In this document: one piece after another, positions 7,355 through 15,531 of the stretch | Numbering within the stretch: position 1 is the first letter of the stretch | Layout: every line of letters starts with the position of its first letter | NCBI GenBank assembly: GCA_004524535.1 | Contig: SDNY01000078.1 | Span: forward strand, 1-16,613 | Length of the DNA stretch: 16,613 bases | Direction: 5' to 3' | DNA from: Promethearchaeota archaeon | Lineage (GTDB): Archaea > Asgardarchaeota > Lokiarchaeia > Sigyniarchaeales > SOKP01 | The notes under the pieces: model-generated | Databases searched by the model: none | The model's input: the letters and a program-made list of their open reading frames with translations, nothing else | Told to the model about the DNA's origin: nothing | Made by a program: the position numbers and the translations under genes

Positions 7355-7885
7355 TTAAATAAATCTGGCTTTTTCCATCATGAACCGAGCAATTTTATTG
7401 AAGATTTCTTCCACATTCTCACCCGTTTTTGAAGAACATTCCAGATAATCATAAAATTGAAATTCTGATGCAATATTCTCAGCATCAATCCGAGATATAG
7501 TCCGTCTTTCATTTAGGTCCAGCTTTCCTCCAACAATTATCATTGGAACCTCTTCCACTTCTTCTTCTTTAAAACTCTTTTTAAACACATTTAGCCATTC
7601 ATTCACACTATTAAGACTGGTATATCGCGTAATATCGAACATAAAAATAACGCCATTTGCGCCCTTTGCATAACTGGGCAATAGAAATCTAAATCGATCC
7701 TCACCCGCAAAATCCCATATTTGCAATGTCACTTTTTTTCCCTCTATTTCAACAGCTTTTATGTGAAAATCTACACCAATCGTTATTGTCCCTTGAGCAA
7801 ATAATCCGGTTAGATATCGATTTATTAATGTGGTTTTACCAACCCCTCCATCCCCAAAAACGAGTACTTTAAACTTAAATGACAT
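7355..7885 (-). CDS. Rab-like small GTPase with a variant G3/G4
   Basis: G1 GDGGVGKT, G2 ITIGVDF, G3 WDFAGE, RFR (RabF-like), G4 GGKLD, G5 CSSKTGENV. Confidence 0.93.
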   Translation of the reverse strand: MSFKFKVLVFGDGGVGKTTLINRYLTGLFAQGTITIGVDFHIKAVEIEGKKVTLQIWDFAGEDRFRFLLPSYAKGANGVIFMFDITRYTSLNSVNEWLNVFKKSFKEEEVEEVPMIIVGGKLDLNERRTISRIDAENIASEFQFYDYLECSSKTGENVEEIFNKIARFMMEKARFI

Positions 7886-8059
7886 CTAAAAGCGCAATTT
7901 TTAATTATTTTTATTAAACATAAAGAAGAAGTATTTAAAAAACTAATTTATAATAATCCAAATATTACATCTTTATATACTATGTTAATATGTTAAATTT
8001 GAAATTATAATAGCTTTTTAGTACTAAAGAAATTTGTGAATGTAACTCATAAAAAATTC

Positions 8060-8070
8060 AAAAAAAAAAA
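8060..8070 (-). terminator. Oligo-T terminator candidate downstream of the acyl-CoA ligase
   Basis: A11 on the plus strand (T11 on minus), about 45 nt past the stop at 8114. Confidence 0.45.
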
Positions 8071-8113
8071 TATTTGCTTAAGTTTTTAACGATTAAAAAG
8101 GCAATAAAAGCTT

Positions 8114-9805
8114 CTATTGTTTTTCTGATTCCATTTCTCTTAATTTTCTTCGAAATATTTTACCGACGGCGGTTCGCGGTAATGATCTTAGGAACTCCAC
8201 TTTCCGTGGATACTTATATCCGGCCAATTTTTCTTTAGCCCAATTTATGATGTCGCTTTCATTGACTTTTCCATCTCTATATTCGCTCTTTAGAACTATA
8301 AATGCCTTAATAGTTTCACCAATATTTGGATCTGGAACACCTATTGCTCCGGCTTCTAGAATTGCAGGATGCTCCATCAATTTCTCTTCCACTTCCCTTG
8401 CCATTACCTTGTAACCCTTGTATTTAATCATATCTTTGGTTCGGCCTTCAATATAGAAGTATCCTCGTTCGTCCATTCGTGCAAGATCGCCTGTCCTTAG
8501 CCAACCATCCACAATATCTTGTTTCGTAGCTTCTGGGTTTTTCCAATATCCTTTCATTATTTGAGGTCCTTTAATCAATAGTTCCCCAATTTCGTTGGGT
8601 GGGAGTTCCTCTAAATTATCGGGATTGACTATTTTTGCATCAGTATCGATAATTGGAACGCCAATACTTGCTGGTATTGTTTCTGGCATCCATCCTGCAG
8701 CCGTATGTGAGAAGGACGATGTCTCTGTCATACCGAACCCCTGTCCTACAGGCCCCACGACTTTCTCCCATCTATCAGCGAGCTCCGGAGCTAATGCTGC
8801 TGAACCAGAGGCAGTTCTTTCAATGCTAGAGAGATCTCGCTCTGTAAAATCAGGGTGATTGATCAGCATTTGAAACATGACAGGGACACCTACAAATAGT
8901 TTAATTTTATAATATTCAATTGCTTCCAAGATTTCAGCCGGATTAAAAGAATCAAACATTACCATCATTGGGACTAAATAGAATGTACAAATCATTATTT
9001 CGAATCCAAAAACATGGCATAATGGCAAGATTGATAGACCTACCCCATTACCTATATTCTCTTCAATTTCTTCCTCAGCCATATAAAGCATTGAAAGAGC
9101 ACTATGAATTATATTATCATGTGTCAGCATAACCCCTTTAGGCAAACCAGTTGTGCCCCCGGTAAACATTAAAGCAGCAATATCATTAGAAGGGTCAATA
9201 TCCAAGGAAGGTGGTTTTGGTGGGCTTCCGTTTATAAATTCTTCAAGAGTAATAGTATCTGGTTTTGCGTCTTGAGTACCTAGTAAAATTAAATTCTTGA
9301 TTTCAACTTCTTTTCCTGCTTTTTTGATTGTTCTATAATTGGCTTTATGGGCAAAAATGGCTTTAATATTGCCAGCTTCCCGAATTATATGAGTCACATC
9401 TGATTCTTTAAGAAGAGGATTTATAGGCACTACCGTAGCTCCAGATTCTATTATACCTAGGAAACAAAATATAAACTCAGGGCAATTTATAGACATTACA
9501 CCTACAGCATCCCCTTTTGAAACACCTAATTCGGATAGTGCGTTTGCAATCTTATCAGCATAATGTAATAATTCTCGATAAGTATATTTTTTATCTGTAG
9601 GTTTATGATAGAGAAATACATTATTTGGGAATTTGCTCACTGATAACCTTATAAATTCGCTGAGTGGAATTGGATCAAACCTTATCGTTTTCGCCACTGT
9701 GGAAGGGCGATATTTTAACCATGGTCTATTTAGATTCACATACGGCGAATCATTCTCGTAATCTATAATTGGTTTCCATTCTGAATAATCTTTTATAAAA
9801 ATCAC
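8114..9805 (-). CDS. fadD: Long-chain fatty-acid--CoA ligase (ANL adenylate-forming family)
   Basis: AMP-binding signature FTGGTTGLPKG, GFGMTE, GWLRTGDLA, GRTKDMI, LPRTAVGKI; GTG start. Confidence 0.9.
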   Translation of the reverse strand: MIFIKDYSEWKPIIDYENDSPYVNLNRPWLKYRPSTVAKTIRFDPIPLSEFIRLSVSKFPNNVFLYHKPTDKKYTYRELLHYADKIANALSELGVSKGDAVGVMSINCPEFIFCFLGIIESGATVVPINPLLKESDVTHIIREAGNIKAIFAHKANYRTIKKAGKEVEIKNLILLGTQDAKPDTITLEEFINGSPPKPPSLDIDPSNDIAALMFTGGTTGLPKGVMLTHDNIIHSALSMLYMAEEEIEENIGNGVGLSILPLCHVFGFEIMICTFYLVPMMVMFDSFNPAEILEAIEYYKIKLFVGVPVMFQMLINHPDFTERDLSSIERTASGSAALAPELADRWEKVVGPVGQGFGMTETSSFSHTAAGWMPETIPASIGVPIIDTDAKIVNPDNLEELPPNEIGELLIKGPQIMKGYWKNPEATKQDIVDGWLRTGDLARMDERGYFYIEGRTKDMIKYKGYKVMAREVEEKLMEHPAILEAGAIGVPDPNIGETIKAFIVLKSEYRDGKVNESDIINWAKEKLAGYKYPRKVEFLRSLPRTAVGKIFRRKLREMESEKQ

Positions 9806-9897
9806 CTTAAAAATATCTGTATTATTATAATTTTAAATTATTTATATTTGGTTTATGAATATTAATAAATATTTCGTTGACTTAAATGAGTAGCTCT

Positions 9898-10457
9898 CTA
9901 ACTGCGATTCACATAATTCAAAAAAGCCTTAACGACCATATGAAATCTGGGATCGGGAACAACAGTTAGATGGTCTCTACCTTGGATCTGAAAATGACAT
10001 GCTCCAGGTACTAATTTTGCGAATAAAGTTTTAAAGCATCAATTACAGATTTGTATCTAACCGTTGTATACTTATTACTTGGAGGTAGTACAAATCCTCC
10101 CAGAATTGCACAATTAATACGGTTAGGTTCACGAATTAGCAAATTCAATGTAATTCAAGAGCCCATAGAATACCCAAAGAGATTAGCTTTTTGGATGGAT
10201 AAATGGGCCATTAATTTTATAACATCTTCCCCCATTTTTATACCGTATTGAGCAGGAACTGTAGGCTTATCGCTTTTTCCGTGTCCTCGACAATCTATCA
10301 GAATTAAACGATTCTCATCCTTGAGATTCTTTATCCAATTTGATACTTTCCAATTGATTTCAATATTTGCTGCAAATCCATGAATCATAACTAAATTTGG
10401 ACCTTTTCCTTCAATTTCATAGTAAATTTTAACTCCCTCATTATCAAAATATGGCAT
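9898..10457 (-). pseudogene. Alpha/beta-hydrolase pseudogene with a premature TGA, internal deletion and frameshift
   Basis: HGF oxyanion motif, DCRGHGKSD, and nucleophile GYSMG followed by S and then TGA (10155-10157). The frame continues ITLNLLIREPNRINCAILGG. After a frameshift near 10030, the C-terminus FAKLVPGACHFQIQGRDHLTVVPDPRFHMVVKAFLNYVNRS* ends at 9898. The cap region and catalytic-acid strand are missing. Confidence 0.85.
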
Positions 10458-10691
10458 GATTATCCGCTTCTATTTTATTTTACTATTAAATAATTAATGA
10501 GATAAAATCATATAATAAATTTATTAAGACTTAAGAAAAAAACGAATGTAATGGGGACTCTATTTGGTTTTTAGTAATATCAAATTTGTATTAAAAATAA
10601 ATGAATGCAAAATACTATTAATGATCATTTTTATATGCGGAATATATATATTAATTAATAATATTATTTATCGAATAATGGGTGGTTTTTT

Positions 10692-11624
10692 TTGGAATTT
10701 CTTAAAAAAGAGGGATCAGAGAGGAAAAAAATACTTTTTACGGGTTTGGATTATGCAGGAAAATCCTCAATTATATTGTCGTTTAGAAGAGAAATAGAGA
10801 AAATTGCCGTAGCTAAGCCTACATTGGGTGCAGAGAGAAGAAATTTTGAATTTATGGGAAAAGAAATTAGTGAATGGGATTTAGGAGGGCAAGAATATTA
10901 CCGTATTTCCTATTTAAAAAATCCATCCAGATACTTTGACAAAACTGAAATTGCGATTTATGTTATTGATATTCAGAATCCTGATCGATTCTCAGAGGCT
11001 CTTTCTTACTTAAGTGATGTTGTTAAACAATTTAAAAAACTTAAGATTGAACCTCCAATTTATGTGTGGTTCCACAAAGTGGATCCGGATATTTACAAAC
11101 ATCCAGATGCGCAATTAGTAAAAGCTGCGACGAATTTAAAAAATAAGATTGAAAAAGAGATTAAGTATAAAAAAATCAATTATTTCAATACAACAATATT
11201 TGATTTATCTACAATAATTAATGCGATGTCTAAAATTTTTCAGACCTTATTCACTAAAGCAGAGTTTGTTGATCAAGCTGCAGAAGAATTCGCAAAAAAG
11301 TTTAATGCAGAGGCCGTTGAGCTTGTGGATGATAATTCACTTATTATTGGCTCATATTATAAGAATTCCGAAGTGGAGAATATTTTAAAAGAATCTACAC
11401 CTTATTTCCTGACGTTAAACGATAGACTAGATACTGCACAAGTAAAAGATGAAAATCCTGAAGATGTTATGATGGTCCGTAGATTAGGGAAAAACTTTTT
11501 ATTCAAACGATTTGTAATTGAAAATTCTCCGCCATATTATCTTTTAATGATTAAAGATGACCCTACCTTTAGTAAAGAAGAACTTGATGTATTTATTAAT
11601 TTATTAAATGAAATTCTATTCTAA
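10692..11624 (+). CDS. Arf/Rag(Gtr)-like small GTPase with a C-terminal roadblock-like domain
   Basis: G1 GLDYAGKS, G2 PTLG, G3 WDLGGQ, G4 HKVD (Rag-type), G5 TTI; ~120-aa C-terminal alpha/beta domain (AVELVDDNSLIIGSY); TTG start after GGTGG. Confidence 0.85.
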   Translation: MEFLKKEGSERKKILFTGLDYAGKSSIILSFRREIEKIAVAKPTLGAERRNFEFMGKEISEWDLGGQEYYRISYLKNPSRYFDKTEIAIYVIDIQNPDRFSEALSYLSDVVKQFKKLKIEPPIYVWFHKVDPDIYKHPDAQLVKAATNLKNKIEKEIKYKKINYFNTTIFDLSTIINAMSKIFQTLFTKAEFVDQAAEEFAKKFNAEAVELVDDNSLIIGSYYKNSEVENILKESTPYFLTLNDRLDTAQVKDENPEDVMMVRRLGKNFLFKRFVIENSPPYYLLMIKDDPTFSKEELDVFINLLNEILF

Positions 11625-11789
11625 TAAAGATTTTATCGAATACCACTCAAGAAATCACCCTCATTTATTATTACTTTTTTTTCCTACTAATCAACAGTTA
11701 TTAATAACTTGGAAAAAAATTTTTAGGAAAATTATATGAAATATTAAAAACTAAATTTTAATACCAGTTGGGTATATATGTGAAATTAT

Positions 11790-12671
11790 ATGAAAATGTC
11801 CATAAAAAAAAAGGAAAAATCATTAACAGCTCAATATTCTTCTCAAGTTCACTCTTTTTTTATCCTTTTAAATACAGGTATTTGTATATATAGTAGAGAT
11901 TTTACAAAAAGATTAAAGAAGGTTGATACATATTTACTTTCTGCTTTACTCTCGGCTTTATTTTCTTTTTCCAAAGAACTTACATCAAAACAATTAGATG
12001 CTATTGAAATGTTTGATTTAAAGCTAGCCTTTAAAAGAAAGGACAAATTCATCTTCGTTATTATTTCAGACGAAACTGTAAGTCAAATATTTTTATTCGA
12101 TTGTTTGGAAACAATATCTTCTCATTTTTTGTATTTTTACGAGAAATTGGGCCCTTCACGAGACTACGAGGTTATTAAAGACAAAAAAGTAGATCTTATA
12201 ATTGATTCAATCGCTAAGGGCCTCATAGATCCTCTATTTTATCGGTCTCCCCAAAAAATCGAAAATTATTTTAAAAATTTAATCATGGATAATGAGATTA
12301 TAGGAGCAGCCATGTTATCCATAACAGGAAGAATTTATTACTCCTCTCTCCCCAAAAAAATATTAATCAATTCTCTAAAAGAATTAGAAAATATTTCTAA
12401 AGAAGTATTAAATGAAGTTTATGAAGTTTATGAAGTTTTAGAAAAGCGAAGATCCGTAAAAACTATAAGAGAGATAATTAAACGGGGGTATCCTAAAGTT
12501 TCGATATCCGTTTTAAAGAATGGACAGAAAATATTCTCGAAACAAGTTTCTCATAAAAAACTTTTGAGTAGAAATTACATCATCATAATTTTATACGATT
12601 CAAAAGTTAAGTTAGGAATCGCAGAACTAAGCCTAATGAAAATAGCCAAAAATATTAAAAAGCTCTTATAA
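11790..12671 (+). CDS. Longin-like plus roadblock/profilin-like two-domain protein
   Basis: N-terminal VHSFFILLNTGICIYSRDF...LLSALLSALFSFSKEL...FIFVIISD matches the longin pattern; C-terminal IIGAAMLSITGRIYYSSL...VKLGIA is roadblock-like. Confidence 0.7.
   Translation: MKMSIKKKEKSLTAQYSSQVHSFFILLNTGICIYSRDFTKRLKKVDTYLLSALLSALFSFSKELTSKQLDAIEMFDLKLAFKRKDKFIFVIISDETVSQIFLFDCLETISSHFLYFYEKLGPSRDYEVIKDKKVDLIIDSIAKGLIDPLFYRSPQKIENYFKNLIMDNEIIGAAMLSITGRIYYSSLPKKILINSLKELENISKEVLNEVYEVYEVLEKRRSVKTIREIIKRGYPKVSISVLKNGQKIFSKQVSHKKLLSRNYIIIILYDSKVKLGIAELSLMKIAKNIKKLL
12412..12438 (+). repeat. Perfect 9-bp tandem repeat (ATGAAGTTT)x3 inside a CDS, encoding EVY-EVY-EVL
   Basis: Read directly at 12412-12420, 12421-12429 and 12430-12438. 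Confidence 0.9.
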
Positions 12672-12739
12672 TCCTAAACCCTCGATTAAGAAATGTTTTT
12701 AATTTCCAGAATCATTTATTTTATATAATTTTATAGGAT

Positions 12740-14149
12740 GTGAAATATGTTATGGGTTGGGAAGAAGGACCACCAGGAAAGCTGAGCAATAAAAATCTAT
12801 GGGGGTATGCTTTAGGATCTGTTCCAACAGTTATATTGGGTTTCGTATTTGGCTTAAAATATGTTCAATTCTTTTACGATGATTTGCGGTTACTTCCAAT
12901 ATATTTTATAATTGGTCAAGTAATTTACATGACAATTAACGCTATAAACGATCCATTATCTGGGCAACTTTCGGATCGCACGAATAGCGAAAAATGGGGT
13001 TCTAGAAGAATTATTTATATAAAATACGGCGGACCTATATGGGCATTGACCTTCCTATTAGTATGGTTTCCATGGAGCTTCGATAATCAATTCATAATAT
13101 TCCTTCATTATGTTATTAGTATTTGTCTCTTTGACACGCTTTTAACCCTTGTTGTTCTTGTGTGGCTTGCGACGCTTCCAGAAATGACACCAGATTTGGA
13201 CCAACGGAATAAGGCGCATTTCATCTCTATCGTCTTAGGTACCATAGCTTTCGTCGTAGCATTTATTATTCTTTTTCCCATGAGTCCAAGTTCCCAAGAA
13301 TTTCGTTTTTCTACAATTGTAATTGCAATCATATCGACGATATTTCTTCTTCTGGTAGCTCATATGTGTGAAGAAAAACCAGAATTTCGAAAAGATGAAA
13401 AATTTTCATTAGGTAAATCCCTGAAGGAATGTTTTAAATCAAAAACTTTTGTAATATATACTCTATTTAATTTCGCAATGGTCTTGCTGGGAAATCTGGC
13501 ATTGAGTTATGTATTTATTTATGTCCTCCTACTAGAAAGAGTCTCACCGGGAGCTGCAGTGGCATACTATTTTCTCATATATATTCTTGTTGGATTCGGC
13601 GCTAATATATTATGCATGTGGTTACGTCCAAAATGGGGTATGAGAAAAATTATATTGGTCTTTGGCACATGTCGCGTGATTGGAGTCTTAATTTTATTTA
13701 TGATTATCCTTGATCCTGCCTTGGAATGGTTTATTTGGATTGGCTTTTTATGGACTACCTTTTTTGGTGGGTATGGTATTTTTCAAATTCCTATGAATTT
13801 CTTAGCAATTGACGAGGATGAGGTTAAAAATGGAACGCGAAGAGAAGGGATGTTTATGGGCATCAATGCTTTAATAACAAAACCAGCAGCAAGCCTAGGT
13901 CCTATAATTGCTACATTAATTTTAGTATATTTTGGCTACATCCAAGGAGCTCCAGGTGCTGAGCAACCTGAAAGTGCGTTTTTAGGGATAAAAATTTTAA
14001 TGTTTGTGGTTCCTGCGATAGTCGTTTCTTTAAGCCTCATTCCTATGTATTTTTATCCGCTGCATGGAGAGAGCCTAAAGGAAATGAAAGAAAAATTAAA
14101 AGAGATACATCAAATTAAACGTAAAAAATTTTTAGAAAGCATTGCTTAA
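12740..14149 (+). CDS. GPH-family (MelB-like, MFS_2) glycoside:cation symporter; alternative start ATG 12752
   Basis: About 12 hydrophobic segments; NAINDPLSGQLSDRT..KWGSRR, LPEMTPD..QR and IDEDEVKNGTRREGMFMG motifs. Confidence 0.9.
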   Translation: MKYVMGWEEGPPGKLSNKNLWGYALGSVPTVILGFVFGLKYVQFFYDDLRLLPIYFIIGQVIYMTINAINDPLSGQLSDRTNSEKWGSRRIIYIKYGGPIWALTFLLVWFPWSFDNQFIIFLHYVISICLFDTLLTLVVLVWLATLPEMTPDLDQRNKAHFISIVLGTIAFVVAFIILFPMSPSSQEFRFSTIVIAIISTIFLLLVAHMCEEKPEFRKDEKFSLGKSLKECFKSKTFVIYTLFNFAMVLLGNLALSYVFIYVLLLERVSPGAAVAYYFLIYILVGFGANILCMWLRPKWGMRKIILVFGTCRVIGVLILFMIILDPALEWFIWIGFLWTTFFGGYGIFQIPMNFLAIDEDEVKNGTRREGMFMGINALITKPAASLGPIIATLILVYFGYIQGAPGAEQPESAFLGIKILMFVVPAIVVSLSLIPMYFYPLHGESLKEMKEKLKEIHQIKRKKFLESIA

Positions 14150-14224
14150 ATGTTCTCTAATTAATTTTATTTATCGAAAATAACGAGCTCAGAAAGTTGT
14201 TTTTTAACATTTTCGTCAATTCGA

Positions 14225-14256
14225 TTTTCATACTTTTTTCTAATTTTTTCATACTT
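14225..14256 (+). promoter_or_regulatory. Candidate metal-responsive (NikR-like) operator: TTTTCATACTT direct repeat with 21-bp period
   Basis: TCATAC at 14228-14233 and 14249-14254, just upstream of the TATA-like TTTTATAT (14259-14266) and of the Ni/Co transporter. TCATAC is the E. coli NikR half-site. Confidence 0.4.
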
Positions 14257-14328
14257 GTTTTTATATGATCTTTAATTTTCAATTTTAAATTTCTTAAAAA
14301 AAATAGAAAAAAAAGGTGTTTAATAAAA

Positions 14329-15000
14329 ATGCATATACCTGATGGGTTGTTAGATCCTGTAACAACTGTAATATTATGGATAGTAGCTGTTTTAGTGTTG
14401 ATTATTGCGTTTTGGAGATTAAATATATTATTTCAAGACGAAGAATCGGAGAGACTTATTCCATATATAGGAGTCCTCGCCGCAACGATATTCGCTTTTC
14501 AATTTGTAAATTATCCTGTACCAGGTGGTACATCTGGGCATTTAGTTGGTGGTACTCTGGTAGGAGTAATTCTTGGTCCTTGGGCAGCAGTTATTGTATT
14601 ATTCATGGTATTGGTTGTACAGAGTTTATTTGGTGATGGAGGAATTACGGCTCTTGGCGCAAATACTTTCAATATGGGAGTAATTGGTGGCATTGTTGGC
14701 TTTTATATAGTAAAAGCACTTCTCTTGATTTTTAATAAAACTGAACTGAAAAAAGAAATAAAAGTCCCGATCGCTACTGCCATTGGTTCTTATATCGCTA
14801 TAGTATTAGCTGCGTTTATATGTGGTATTGAGATTGGAATTGGAGGCATTATTCCTATGGATATTGCGATAGCTGCCATGGTTTTCTGGCATGTTCTTAT
14901 TGGAATAGGAGAAGCGATTATATCTGGTCTAATTGTGTGGTTCGTTTATAAAACAAAGCCTGAATTAATCATTACAGAAAAAATGCTGGGGGTGGCTTAG
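14329..15000 (+). CDS. cbiM: ECF Ni/Co transporter substrate component CbiM/NikM
   Basis: N-terminal MHIPDG metal-binding motif, PVPGGTSGHLVGG, QSLFGDGGITALGAN, HVLIGIGEA. Confidence 0.93.
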   Translation: MHIPDGLLDPVTTVILWIVAVLVLIIAFWRLNILFQDEESERLIPYIGVLAATIFAFQFVNYPVPGGTSGHLVGGTLVGVILGPWAAVIVLFMVLVVQSLFGDGGITALGANTFNMGVIGGIVGFYIVKALLLIFNKTELKKEIKVPIATAIGSYIAIVLAAFICGIEIGIGGIIPMDIAIAAMVFWHVLIGIGEAIISGLIVWFVYKTKPELIITEKMLGVA

Positions 15001-15002
15001 AA

Positions 15003-15320
15003 TTGGTTGAATTGGAAAGATATAAATGGCCTATTATTTCAATTATCGTTATAATTGGAGTATTAATGCTAATGATTGCAATTGGATTTATGTTAGGGAT
15101 ACTCTCAGAAGATCCAGATGGTCTTGAAAGAGCATTAATTGATATTCGAAGTGAAGAATGGTTAGAAGGACTAGCTTCTCCATGGGAACCAATTTTGGGC
15201 TGGATTGATAATGATTATATTGCTGGTATAATAGGTATATTATTAACTATTTTCCTAATTATCGCTGTATTTTCATTAATCTCCCATATAAGCAAAAAAA
15301 TGAAATCCAAAAATGAATAA
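15003..15320 (+). CDS. nikN: PDGLE-domain protein (NikN-like accessory component)
   Basis: Two TM helices flanking SEDPDGLE; 2 bp after the cbiM stop; TTG start after GGTGG. Confidence 0.85.
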   Translation: MVELERYKWPIISIIVIIGVLMLMIAIGFMLGILSEDPDGLERALIDIRSEEWLEGLASPWEPILGWIDNDYIAGIIGILLTIFLIIAVFSLISHISKKMKSKNE

Positions 15321-15329
15321 CTAAAATTA

Positions 15330-15344
15330 TTTTTTTTTTTTTTT
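15330..15344 (+). terminator. T15 tract after nikN, terminator candidate
   Basis: 15 consecutive T starting 10 nt after the stop at 15320. Confidence 0.55.
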
Positions 15345-15531
15345 AAAATGAAATCTTACGGATTAATAAAGTAAATTAATTAATCAATAATTTAAATTTG
15401 GAGAGTCTTGTTTCCTCCTTTTTTAGAATAGAGATTTTACATAATTTTTGTTTTATAAAGAAAATTAATTTAAAATAAAGAGATATTATTAATTTATAAT
15501 AAAATATGAAAACTTTTGGAGCCATTAGGAA

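Noticed and set aside
8595-8858. 87-aa plus-strand ORF
   Set aside because: Antisense inside the acyl-CoA ligase.
10155-10157. TGA recoding or read-through in the hydrolase gene
   Set aside because: The gene also has a deletion and frameshift downstream, so read-through would not restore it. Simple pseudogenisation is more parsimonious.
10051-10251. 66-aa plus-strand ORF
   Set aside because: Antisense to the hydrolase pseudogene.
10564-10797. 77-aa plus-strand ORF with a hydrophobic stretch
   Set aside because: Derived from AT-rich promoter DNA and overlaps the GTPase start out of frame by about 100 nt.
11849-12052. 67-aa minus-strand ORF
   Set aside because: Antisense to the longin-like gene.
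13108-13332. 74-aa minus-strand ORF
   Set aside because: Antisense within the MFS transporter.
12740-14149. MFS transporter as the exporter of the RiPP
   Set aside because: It lies more than 5 kb away, is separated by unrelated genes, and belongs to the GPH sugar-uptake family.
14376-14693. Alternate-frame Cys/Trp-rich ORF 14376-14636 and antisense ORF 14511-14693
   Set aside because: Both lie wholly within the well-supported cbiM. Cys/Trp richness arises from off-frame reading of Val/Gly/Leu codons, so this is not a RiPP precursor.
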